A DNA stretch of 64,000 nucleotides from Spirochaetia bacterium. Lineage in GTDB: Bacteria; Spirochaetota; Spirochaetia; SZUA-6; Bin103. Location of the stretch: NCBI GenBank assembly GCA_965203905.1, contig CBDBDQ010000005.1, positions 6,208,001 through 6,272,000 on the forward strand. The letters are read 5' to 3'. This document shows, piece after piece, positions 20,974 to 29,936 of the stretch. The stretch's first letter is position 1, and the number at the start of each line of letters is the position of its first letter. The position numbers and the translations under genes were made by a program. The notes beneath the pieces were generated by a model. It saw nothing but the letters and a program-made list of their open reading frames with translations. It was not told the DNA's origin and did no database searches.

Positions 20974-21157
20974 AGCGCGCGGATCTGGGCGAGCAGCCGT
21001 GCCGGCATGCGTGTGCGCCCGCCTTACCGGGTAGATTCACCTACCGGGTGACACACGCCTGTCAAAACAGGTAAGCTCGGCGATCTGGCAACTCTCCGAG
21101 AATGCGCGTGACTATCGCGGCGATGTCAACGCGCGTCAAATTGACGGAGGAGGAGTA

Positions 21158-24100
21158 ATGAACAATATAAGTCTCGAAATGGAAGCACCAACCGCAAGCT
21201 CGTTCGCTGCTGTTCGGCAGTCTAATCCCTACACGTTGTCCCTCACTCCGACTCGCCCGCGTCCGCGATTCGGGCGACTCCGCGTCTTTCTAGTATCGGC
21301 ATGCGCGATCGTTGCTACAGCGTGCGCTTCGCTGAGTGCACCCGGCAACGGCGACGAGGAACCGATCACCCAGGCCGACCTGGACGCGGTCAGGAGCGAA
21401 GCCGACCAGGCGATGGCCGCCGCCAAGGCAGCCGAAGCCGCCTTGAGCGAGGCGCAGGCCGCCGCCGATGCGGAGGTGCGCGCGGCGCAGGCTGAAGCGG
21501 AGCAGGCGCGAGCCGAGGCTTCCGCCGCCCAGGCCGACGCCCAGGAGGCGCTGGCCGATGCCCAGGAGGCGCTGGCCGATGCCACCGTCGCCCAGCAGGA
21601 CGCCGCTCGGGCGCGCGCCGCCGAGAGCGAGGCGATGGCCAAGGTCGATGCCATGATGATGGCGGCCCACCATCCCTCCGAGGTGATGATCTCGCCCGAC
21701 ATGCTCGACATCAGCCTGTTGGACCTGGATCAGGCGCAGGCATCGCTCGCCGGCCGGGATTCGATATACATCTCTTCGATCAGCTATGACGGAGCCATGT
21801 ACTCCGCCCTGCTCAAGTACGAGGGGGGCACTACCGCCACCGTCGAAGCGGTCTTCGGGGCGAGCGGCAAGCTCATTCCCGACACCGTCGGCCTCGGTAT
21901 GACCGAACTCTCGGTGCTTGCGCCCGACAAGGTGGTCGTCTCCAACGTCGAGGTTGGAGGCGTGGGCTACTCAGGCGAACTGCAGTACGTCGGCGGCAAC
22001 CGGCTGCAAGTTGCCGGAATCCGCCGGGTCGCTCTGCCGCCCACCGCGGCCGAGCAGATCGCCGCTCTCGAAGCGGAACTGGCCGCTGCCCAGGCTGCGG
22101 CCGACGCGGCCATGGCAGACGCCGACGCAGCCATGGCAGACGCCGACGCCGCGATGGCAGACAAGGCGGCCGCGATGGCGGACGCCGAGGCGGCGATGGC
22201 AGACGCCGAGGCCGCGCGAGCCGCCGCTGATGCATCGGCCGCGGAGGCCGAAGCGGCAATGGCCAAGGTCGATGCCATGATGATGGCGGCGCACCATCCC
22301 GCGGAGGTGATGGTCTCCGCCTCCATGCTCGATCCGAGCCAGGCGAACATCGACAACGCCCAGGTTTCCCTTGCCGGGCCGGACTCGATTTACATCTCCA
22401 ACATCCTGTACGCCGGCGTGCCCTACTCCGCGTTGCTCAAGTACACCGGCGGTACCTCCGCCACGGTCGAAGCGGTCTACGGGCCGATGGGCAAGTTGAT
22501 CCCCGACTCCGTGGGGCTGTCCCAGACCGAGCTGGCGTTCGTACCGCCGGCATCGCTCGCCGTCTCCAACGTCGAGGTGGGCGGGGTCGGCTACTCCGGC
22601 ACCCTGGAGTACGCCGGCGGCAACCAGCTGCGGGTCACCGGCATCCGCCGGGTGACGCTGCCGCCGACCGCCGCGGAAGCGGCCCAGGCGGCGGCGGCGG
22701 CGGCAATTGCTCAGGCCGAGGCCGACGCGGCAGCGGCGGTGAGCGCAGCACAGGCTGCGGCCGACGCGGCGGTCAGCGCCGCTGAAGCGGAGGCCGAGGC
22801 CGCCATGGCGGACATGGCAGCCGCGATGGCGGACGCCGACGCGGCGATGGCCGCGGCCAGCACCGCTGAAGCGGAGGCTGCGGCGGCGCAGGCCAAGGTC
22901 GACGCCATGATGATGGATGCCTACCAGCCGTCCGAGGTAATGGTGTCCGCGGCCATGCTCGATCCGAGCCTGGCCAACATCGACAACGTTCAGGTCTCCC
23001 TGGCCGGGCCGGACGCCATCTACATCTCCAACATCATGTACGACGGCGCGCCCTACTCGGCACTGCTCAGATACCGCGGCGGAACGTCCGCCACGGTGGA
23101 GGCGGTCTACGGGCCGATGGGCAAGCTGATCCCCGACTCCGTGGGGCTGTCCCAGACCGAGCTGGCGTTCGTAGCGCCGGCATCGCTGGCCGTCGAAAAC
23201 GTCGAAGTGGGCGGCGTCGGCTACTCCGGTACCCTGGAGTACGCTGGCGGAAACCAACTGCGCGTGACCGGCATCCGCCGGGTAGACCTCCCGCTCACGG
23301 CGGCGGAGATGGCCGAGGCGGAAAATGACCAACTGAAGGCGACGATCGCCGAACAATCCGATCAGATCGCCGCGCTCGAGGCGGCCCTGGCGGAAGCCGA
23401 GGCGGCGACCGCGGCGGCCATGGCCGAAGGCGAGGCGGCAACCGCGGCAGCAATGGCCGAAGCCGCGGCCGCGATGGCCGACGCTGAAGCGGCAATGGCC
23501 GAGGCCACGGCAGCACAGGCCAAGGTCGACACCATGATGATGGCGGCTCACCAGCCCTCCGAGGTGATGGTCTCCGCCGCCATGCTCGACCCGAGCCTGG
23601 CCAACATCGACAACGCCCAGGTCTCCCTGGCCGGGCCGGACTCGATCTACATCTCCAACATCATGTACGACGGTGTGCCCTACTCGGCACTGCTCAAGTA
23701 CAGCGGCGGCACCTCCGCCACCGTCGAGGCGGTCTACGGGCCGATGGGCAAGCTGATCCCCGACTCCGTGGGGCTGTCCCAGACCGAGCTGGAATTCGTG
23801 GCACCCGCATCCCTCGCCGTCTCCAACGTCGAGGTGGGCGGGGTCGGCTACTCCGGTACCCTGGAGTACGCTGGCGGCAACCAGCTGCGAGTCACCGGCA
23901 TCCGCCGGGTGACGCTGCCGCCGACCGAAGCGGAAGCAGCCGCGGCGGCGATCGCACAGGCCGAGGCCGACGCGGCAGCGGCGGTGAACGCGGCACAGGC
24001 TGCCACCGATGCGGCCATGGCCGACGCCGAGGCGGCGCACGCGGCAGCGGATGCGGCGATGGCCGACGCCGACGCGGCGATGGCCGGGGCCGACGCGGCG

Positions 24101-27100
24101 GCGGCTGACGCCGAGGCCGCACGGGCTGAGGCCGCGGCGGCGCAGGCGGAAGCCAGCGCAGCACAGGCCGAGGTCGACGCCATGATGATGGCGGCTCACC
24201 AGCCCTCCGAGGTGATGGTCTCCGCCGCCATGCTCGACCCGAGCCTGGCCAACATCGACAACGCCCAGGTCTCCCTGGCCGGGCCGGACTCGATCTACAT
24301 CTCCAACATCATGTACGACGGTGTGCCCTACTCGGCACTGCTCAAGTACAGCGGCGGCACCTCCGCCACCGTCGAGGCGGTCTACGGGCCGATGGGCAAG
24401 CTGATCCCCGACTCCGTGGGGCTGTCCCAGACCGGGCTGGAATTCGTGGCACCCGCATCCCTCGCCGTCTCCAACGTCGAGGTGGGCGGGGTCGGCTACT
24501 CCGGTACCCTGGAGTACGCCGGCGGCAACCAGCTGCGAGTCACCGGCATCCGCCGGGTGACGCTGCCGCCGACCGAAGCGGAAGCAGCCGCGGCGGCGAT
24601 CGCACAGGCCGAGGCCGACGCGGCAGCGGCGGTGAACGCGGCACAGGCTGCCACCGATGCGGCCATGGCCGACGCCGAGGCGGCGCACGCGGCAGCGGAT
24701 GCGGCGATGGCCGACGCCGACGCGGCGATGGCCGGGGCCGACGCGGCGGCGGCTGACGCCGAGGCCGCACGGGCTGAGGCCGCAGCGGCGCAGGCCCAGG
24801 TCGACGCCATGATGATGGCGGCCTACCAGCCCTCCGAGGTGATGGTCTCCGCCGCCATGCTCGATCCGAGCCTGGCCAACATCGACAACGCCCAGGTCTC
24901 CCTGGCCGGGCCGGACTCGATCTACATCTCCAACATCATGTACGCCGGCGTGCCCTACTCGGCACTGCTGAAGTACAGCGGCGGCACCTCCGCCACCGTG
25001 GAAGCGGTCTACGGACCGATGGGCAAGCTGATCCCCGACTCCGTCGGCCTGTCTCAGGTCGAACTGGACTTCGTGGCTCCCGCATCCCTCAACGTGTCCA
25101 ACGTCGAGGTGGGCGGGGTCGGCTACTCCGGCACCCTGGAGTACGCCGGCGGCAACCAGTTGCGGGTCACCGGCATCCGCCGGGTCACGCTGCCGCCGAC
25201 CGCAGAAGAAGCGGCCGCGGCGGCGATCGGCGAGGCCGAGGCTGACGCGGCAGCGGCGGTTAGCGCAGCACAGGCTGACGCCGATGCGGCCATGGCTGAC
25301 GCCGAGGCAGCGCAGGCGGCAACTGATGCGGCGATGGCCGACGCCGAAGCGGCGGCGGCTGACGCCGAGGCCGCACGGGCTGAGGCCGCGGCGGCGCAGG
25401 CGGAAGCCAGCGCAGCACAGGCCCAGGTCGACGCCATGATGATGGCGGCCTACCAGCCCTCCGAGGTCATGGTCTCCGCCGCCATGCTTGATCCGAGCCT
25501 GGCCAACATCGACAACGCCCAGGTCTCCCTGGCCGGGCCGGACTCGATCTACATCTCCAACATCAGGTACGCCGGCGCGCCCTACTCGGCACTGCTGAAG
25601 TACAGCGGCGGCACCTCCGCCACCGTGGAAGCGGTCTACGGACCGATGGGCAAGCTGATCCCCGACTCCGTCGGCCTGTCTCAGGTCGAGTTGGAGTTCG
25701 TGGCTCCCGCATCCCTCAACGTCTCCAACGTCGAGGTGGGCGGGGTCGGCTACTCCGGTACCCTGGAGTACGCCGGCGGCAACCAGTTGCGAGTCACCGG
25801 CATCCGCCGGGTCACCCTGCCGCCGACCGAGGCGGAAGCCGCGCAGGCTGCCGCGGCGGCAGCGATTGCGCAGGCCGAGGCCGACGCGGCAGCGGCGGTG
25901 AGCGACGCACAGGCTGACGCCGACGCAGCGGTCGGCGAAGCACAAGCTGCTGCCGATATGGCGGTCAGCGAAGCCCAGGCGGCTGCCGACATGGCGGTCA
26001 GCGAGGCACAGGCTGCTGCTGACGCGGCGGTCAGCGCCGCGATGGCTGACGCCGAGGCGGCGCAGGCCAAGGTCGACGCGATGATGGCAGCGGCCTATCA
26101 GCCTTCCGAGGTGATGGTCTCCGCCGCCATGCTCGATCCGAGCCTGGCCAACATCGACAACGCCCAGGTCTCCCTGGCCGGGCCGGACTCGATCTACATC
26201 TCCAACATCAGGTACGCCGGCGCGCCGTATTCGGCACTGCTGAAGTACAGCGGCGGCACCTCCGCCACCATCGAGGCGGTCTACGGACCGATGGGCAAGC
26301 TGATCCCCGACTCCGTCGGCCTGTCTCAGGTCGAGCTGGAGTTCGTGGCTCCCGCATCCCTCAACGTCTCCAACGTCGAGGTGGGCGGGGTCGGCTACTC
26401 CGGCACCCTGGAGTACGCCGGCGGCAACCAGTTGCGGGTCACCGGCATCCGCCAGGTCACCTTGCCGCCGACCGCGGAAGAAGCGGCCGCGGCGGCGATC
26501 GCCGAGGCCGAGGCCGACGCCGCAGCGGCGGTGAGCGCAGCCCAGGCTGACGCGGCAGCAGCGGTGAGCGCGGCCCAGGCCGCTGCCGATGCTGCCATGG
26601 CCGACGCCGACGCCGCTCAGGCCTCGGCGGATGCGGCGATGGCCGACGCCGACGCGGCGATGGCTGACGCCGACGCCGCCAGGGCTGAGGCGGATGCGGC
26701 GCAGGCCAAGGTCGATGAGATGATGATGGCGGCCTATCAGCCCTCCGAGGTGATGGTCTCCGCCGCCATGCTCGATCCGAGCCTGGCCAACATCGACAAC
26801 GCCCAGGTCTCCCTGGCCGGACCGGATTCGATCTACATCTCCAACATCAGCTACGCCGGCGCGCCCTACTCGGCGTTGCTCAAATACAGCGGCGGCACCT
26901 CCGCCACCATCGAGGCGGTCTACGGACCGATGGGCAAGCTGATCCCCGACTCCGTCGGCCTGTCTCAGGTCGAGCTGGAGTTCGTGGCTCCCGCATCCCT
27001 CGCCGTCTCCAACGTCGAGGTGGGCGGAGTCGGCTACTCCGGTACCCTGGAGTACGCTGGCGGCAACCAGCTGCGGGTCACCGGCATCCGCCGGGTCACC

Positions 27101-28843
27101 CTGCCGCCGACCGCGGCGGAAGCGGCACAGGCCGCCGCAGCGGCGGCGATCGCGCAGGCCGAGTCTGACGCGGCCGCGGCAGTTGCACAGGCCGAGGCCG
27201 ATGCGGCTGCGGCGGTGAGCGACGCGCAGGCCGCCGCGGCTGCGGCGATGGCCGAAGCCGAAGCCGCGCAAGCCGCTGCCGACGCGGCACAGGCGGCCGC
27301 GGACGCCGCTGCCGCCGAGGCCGCGGCGGCACAGGCCAAGGTCGACGAGATGATGGCCGCTGCCCACCAGCCTTCCGAGGTGATGATCTCGGCCGCGATG
27401 CTCGACCCGGGCAAGGCAAGCCTGGATCAGGTACAGGTCTCCCTGGCCGGTCCGGACGCCATCTACATCTCCAACATCATGTACGACGGCATGCCCTACT
27501 CGGCACTGCTCAAGTACAGTGGCGGCACCTCCGCCACGGTGGAGGCGGTCTATGGGGCTTCCGGCAAGCTGATTCCCGACTCCGTGGGTCTGTCGCAGGT
27601 CGAGCTGGCCTTCGTGGCACCCGCGTCGGTCGAGATCACCAACGTGGAAGTTGGTGGAGTGGGTTACGCCGGCACCCTGGAGTACGCCGGTGGCAACCAG
27701 TTGCGGGTCACCGGCATCCGCCAGGTCACCCTGCCGCCGACCGAAGCCGAGTTGGCGCGAGCGGAAGCGGCCGCGGCCATGGCCGATGCCGAGCAGGCAA
27801 AGGATGCCGCGGCGGCGGCGATGGCGGACGCCGATGCGGCAAACGCGATGGTCGCCGAGCTGAATGCCCAAATCAAGAAGCTCACGGACGGTATCCCGCT
27901 GGTGGGTATCAATCCGGGCCTGCTTGATCTGCAAGACGCGCGGCTCACCATCGCCGGACCCGATTCGATCTACCTCTCCGGCATCCAGTACGCCGGCAAG
28001 GATGTCTCGACGCGGATCCGCTACTCACAGGGCACGGGCACCGCGGAAGCGGTCTTCGAGTCCACCTCCTCTCTGGCGGACGTGCTGAACATGCACGCCG
28101 CACAGGTCGAACTCGCGGGCGACGCCCTGGTGGTGTCCAACGTGGGCATCCGCGGGCGGGCGCATACCTTGACCTTGACCTTCAACGACGAGGGCCGGGT
28201 CGACATTTCCGCGCGGGACGACGGCTGGGCCGTCAGGACCGTCGGCGAGCTGCGCCGCGACAAGCTGATCACCGAAGGCACGTACCTGGTGAACGGCTTT
28301 GCCGGGGGCAGGCCGCTGCCGAACGAAGGTGCTTGGAGCGAAAGCGGCGGCTCCGTCGTACAGACCGATTCCGGCGCCAGTCACGCCAAGTACACGATCC
28401 CCGCGTCGCAGTCCGGCTCGGAACTGCTGTTCGGAGTTACCGCCAGTGCCGGAGAAGGCAGCCACAAGGTGGGCTTCGGCCTGCACCTGCTTGCCTCCGA
28501 TACCCCGGAATCCGGAAACACCTGGAACTACGGACGTTCGTACCTGATCTGGGCGACCCGGGATCCGTTCTACGACACCGACGCGACTCACCTGCAGTTC
28601 TACGAGTCACGTGACAACAACACCCTGACCTGGCTTGCGAGCCGCCGTATCAACCAGTCGCTGAGTGCGCCGCTGACGCTGGAGGCTCTCTACCAGAACA
28701 ACGGCATCGTGACGCTGCTGGTAGGCGGTGAGGAACAGCTCAGCCTGAACATCGGGACCGAGATCTCCGCGGGCGACAGCATCGCGTTGCGCTCCCTCGG
28801 TGGTCCGGTCGAGTTCACCCAGGTCTACGTCACCGCGCGCTGA
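21158..28843 (+). CDS. Giant repetitive lipoprotein (2561 aa), function unknown
   Basis: GGAGGAGG RBS; signal ending IVATA-C; ten near-identical ~125-aa beta-rich domains plus one divergent copy separated by Ala-rich helices; distinct C-terminal beta-rich domain. Confidence 0.9.
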   Translation: MNNISLEMEAPTASSFAAVRQSNPYTLSLTPTRPRPRFGRLRVFLVSACAIVATACASLSAPGNGDEEPITQADLDAVRSEADQAMAAAKAAEAALSEAQAAADAEVRAAQAEAEQARAEASAAQADAQEALADAQEALADATVAQQDAARARAAESEAMAKVDAMMMAAHHPSEVMISPDMLDISLLDLDQAQASLAGRDSIYISSISYDGAMYSALLKYEGGTTATVEAVFGASGKLIPDTVGLGMTELSVLAPDKVVVSNVEVGGVGYSGELQYVGGNRLQVAGIRRVALPPTAAEQIAALEAELAAAQAAADAAMADADAAMADADAAMADKAAAMADAEAAMADAEAARAAADASAAEAEAAMAKVDAMMMAAHHPAEVMVSASMLDPSQANIDNAQVSLAGPDSIYISNILYAGVPYSALLKYTGGTSATVEAVYGPMGKLIPDSVGLSQTELAFVPPASLAVSNVEVGGVGYSGTLEYAGGNQLRVTGIRRVTLPPTAAEAAQAAAAAAIAQAEADAAAAVSAAQAAADAAVSAAEAEAEAAMADMAAAMADADAAMAAASTAEAEAAAAQAKVDAMMMDAYQPSEVMVSAAMLDPSLANIDNVQVSLAGPDAIYISNIMYDGAPYSALLRYRGGTSATVEAVYGPMGKLIPDSVGLSQTELAFVAPASLAVENVEVGGVGYSGTLEYAGGNQLRVTGIRRVDLPLTAAEMAEAENDQLKATIAEQSDQIAALEAALAEAEAATAAAMAEGEAATAAAMAEAAAAMADAEAAMAEATAAQAKVDTMMMAAHQPSEVMVSAAMLDPSLANIDNAQVSLAGPDSIYISNIMYDGVPYSALLKYSGGTSATVEAVYGPMGKLIPDSVGLSQTELEFVAPASLAVSNVEVGGVGYSGTLEYAGGNQLRVTGIRRVTLPPTEAEAAAAAIAQAEADAAAAVNAAQAATDAAMADAEAAHAAADAAMADADAAMAGADAAAADAEAARAEAAAAQAEASAAQAEVDAMMMAAHQPSEVMVSAAMLDPSLANIDNAQVSLAGPDSIYISNIMYDGVPYSALLKYSGGTSATVEAVYGPMGKLIPDSVGLSQTGLEFVAPASLAVSNVEVGGVGYSGTLEYAGGNQLRVTGIRRVTLPPTEAEAAAAAIAQAEADAAAAVNAAQAATDAAMADAEAAHAAADAAMADADAAMAGADAAAADAEAARAEAAAAQAQVDAMMMAAYQPSEVMVSAAMLDPSLANIDNAQVSLAGPDSIYISNIMYAGVPYSALLKYSGGTSATVEAVYGPMGKLIPDSVGLSQVELDFVAPASLNVSNVEVGGVGYSGTLEYAGGNQLRVTGIRRVTLPPTAEEAAAAAIGEAEADAAAAVSAAQADADAAMADAEAAQAATDAAMADAEAAAADAEAARAEAAAAQAEASAAQAQVDAMMMAAYQPSEVMVSAAMLDPSLANIDNAQVSLAGPDSIYISNIRYAGAPYSALLKYSGGTSATVEAVYGPMGKLIPDSVGLSQVELEFVAPASLNVSNVEVGGVGYSGTLEYAGGNQLRVTGIRRVTLPPTEAEAAQAAAAAAIAQAEADAAAAVSDAQADADAAVGEAQAAADMAVSEAQAAADMAVSEAQAAADAAVSAAMADAEAAQAKVDAMMAAAYQPSEVMVSAAMLDPSLANIDNAQVSLAGPDSIYISNIRYAGAPYSALLKYSGGTSATIEAVYGPMGKLIPDSVGLSQVELEFVAPASLNVSNVEVGGVGYSGTLEYAGGNQLRVTGIRQVTLPPTAEEAAAAAIAEAEADAAAAVSAAQADAAAAVSAAQAAADAAMADADAAQASADAAMADADAAMADADAARAEADAAQAKVDEMMMAAYQPSEVMVSAAMLDPSLANIDNAQVSLAGPDSIYISNISYAGAPYSALLKYSGGTSATIEAVYGPMGKLIPDSVGLSQVELEFVAPASLAVSNVEVGGVGYSGTLEYAGGNQLRVTGIRRVTLPPTAAEAAQAAAAAAIAQAESDAAAAVAQAEADAAAAVSDAQAAAAAAMAEAEAAQAAADAAQAAADAAAAEAAAAQAKVDEMMAAAHQPSEVMISAAMLDPGKASLDQVQVSLAGPDAIYISNIMYDGMPYSALLKYSGGTSATVEAVYGASGKLIPDSVGLSQVELAFVAPASVEITNVEVGGVGYAGTLEYAGGNQLRVTGIRQVTLPPTEAELARAEAAAAMADAEQAKDAAAAAMADADAANAMVAELNAQIKKLTDGIPLVGINPGLLDLQDARLTIAGPDSIYLSGIQYAGKDVSTRIRYSQGTGTAEAVFESTSSLADVLNMHAAQVELAGDALVVSNVGIRGRAHTLTLTFNDEGRVDISARDDGWAVRTVGELRRDKLITEGTYLVNGFAGGRPLPNEGAWSESGGSVVQTDSGASHAKYTIPASQSGSELLFGVTASAGEGSHKVGFGLHLLASDTPESGNTWNYGRSYLIWATRDPFYDTDATHLQFYESRDNNTLTWLASRRINQSLSAPLTLEALYQNNGIVTLLVGGEEQLSLNIGTEISAGDSIALRSLGGPVEFTQVYVTAR
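21640..27740 (+). repeat. Ten tandem intragenic repeats of 624-648 bp
   Basis: The equivalent position in the GVGYSG motif falls at 21967, 22591, 23221, 23848, 24496, 25123, 25750, 26395, 27034 and 27664. Confidence 0.95.
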
Positions 28844-28855
28844 GCGCACGGCGAC

Positions 28856-28894
28856 CGGTAGCGTGATCCTCCCTCACGGCGGATCACGCTACCG
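28856..28894 (+). terminator. Perfect 14-bp hairpin after the giant gene
   Basis: cggtagcgtgatcc-N11-ggatcacgctaccg; no adjacent U-tract. Confidence 0.6.
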
Positions 28895-28910
28895 AAGTTG
28901 CCACCCCTCT

Positions 28911-28939
28911 TTATCCACAGGTTGTCCACTTTATCCACA
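28911..28939 (+). promoter_or_regulatory. Three tandem DnaA boxes
   Basis: TTATCCACA (28911-28919), TTGTCCACT (28922-28930), TTATCCACA (28931-28939), all in the same orientation. Confidence 0.75.
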
Positions 28940-29035
28940 AGCGTCACACGAGTCAGCGTTGAGCGAAGCTGCCTCACACTGGCGTGTGAAGAATCGTCAT
29001 CGGCTCTGCTTGCAAGGCTGCCGGGAGGCAATTGC

Positions 29036-29863
29036 ATGAGTACCCGCTACCTGAGCGAGGATCAGGTCGCCTTCTTCTGGGAACATGGCTATCTGCGCAT
29101 GGAGCAGGTGTTTACGCCCGACGAGATGGACGAGCTGGACACGGAGATGGACCGCCTCATGGTGGAGTGGGCCAACTACGCCGCGGGCTGGAGCGGAGAC
29201 TGGCGCAAGGTGTACATGGACGAGGAGACCGAGAAGCAGTCCAAGTTGATCGCCATGCACGATCTCTGGTACTACTCCGCGGCCTGGACCCGCGCGGTGC
29301 TGAACCCGAACCTGGCAGCCGCGATGAGCGACCTGCTGGGATCGGATGTCGAGTTGCATCATGCCACCATGCACGTCAAGCCGCCGGAGACCGGGCACCC
29401 GTTCCCCATGCACCAGGACAACGCGTTCTACGCCCACCGGACCGACCGCTTCATCGACACACTGGTGCACCTGGATGACACCAACGCGGAGAACGGCGAG
29501 ATCCGCTTCCTCGACGGTTCGCACAAGCTGGGGCCGCTGGACCACATCCGGCGCACGGCGAGCGGCGAGAAGTGCACCCCGCACCTGCCCACCGACGAGT
29601 GGCACCTGGAGGACACCGTGGCGGTGCCGGCCCGGCGCGGCGACGTGGTCTGCTTCAACCTGTACACGGTGCACGGCTCCTACCTGAATCGCACGGCGCG
29701 CGCCCGGCGCATGGTGCGGGTGGGTTACCGCGATCCGCGCAACGAGCAGATCGGCGGCCAGAGCAGCGAGCGGGCCCCGTGGATGGTGGCCGGACAGCGC
29801 CGCCGCGATCCCGGCATGGAGCTGTACGACACCCAGAGCAGTCCCCTGGACCGCGACCGCTGA
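29036..29863 (+). CDS. Phytanoyl-CoA dioxygenase (PhyH) family Fe(II)/2OG oxygenase
   Basis: HQDN motif, GSHK, VHGS..N.....R. Confidence 0.9.
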   Translation: MSTRYLSEDQVAFFWEHGYLRMEQVFTPDEMDELDTEMDRLMVEWANYAAGWSGDWRKVYMDEETEKQSKLIAMHDLWYYSAAWTRAVLNPNLAAAMSDLLGSDVELHHATMHVKPPETGHPFPMHQDNAFYAHRTDRFIDTLVHLDDTNAENGEIRFLDGSHKLGPLDHIRRTASGEKCTPHLPTDEWHLEDTVAVPARRGDVVCFNLYTVHGSYLNRTARARRMVRVGYRDPRNEQIGGQSSERAPWMVAGQRRRDPGMELYDTQSSPLDRDR

Positions 29864-29936
29864 GCACGGCGGCCGGCCGCGGGGCTACCCCCGACCGGAG
29901 ACGGCTACCCCGTCGGGGCCGCGCATGCCACGGTGC

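Noticed and set aside
21640-27740. Repeat array as CRISPR or a diversity-generating retroelement
   Set aside because: Units are about 630 bp, in frame and coding; no short repeat-spacer pattern, cas genes, reverse transcriptase or evident adenine-specific variation.
21971-27934. 1987-aa antisense ORF
   Set aside because: Mirror of the giant gene's biased codons; Gly/Arg/His-rich with no motifs of its own.
28898-29035. Firm oriC call, or an N-terminal extension of PhyH
   Set aside because: Only three boxes with no unwinding element or dnaA nearby; PhyH has a better start at 29036 with a GGAGG RBS.
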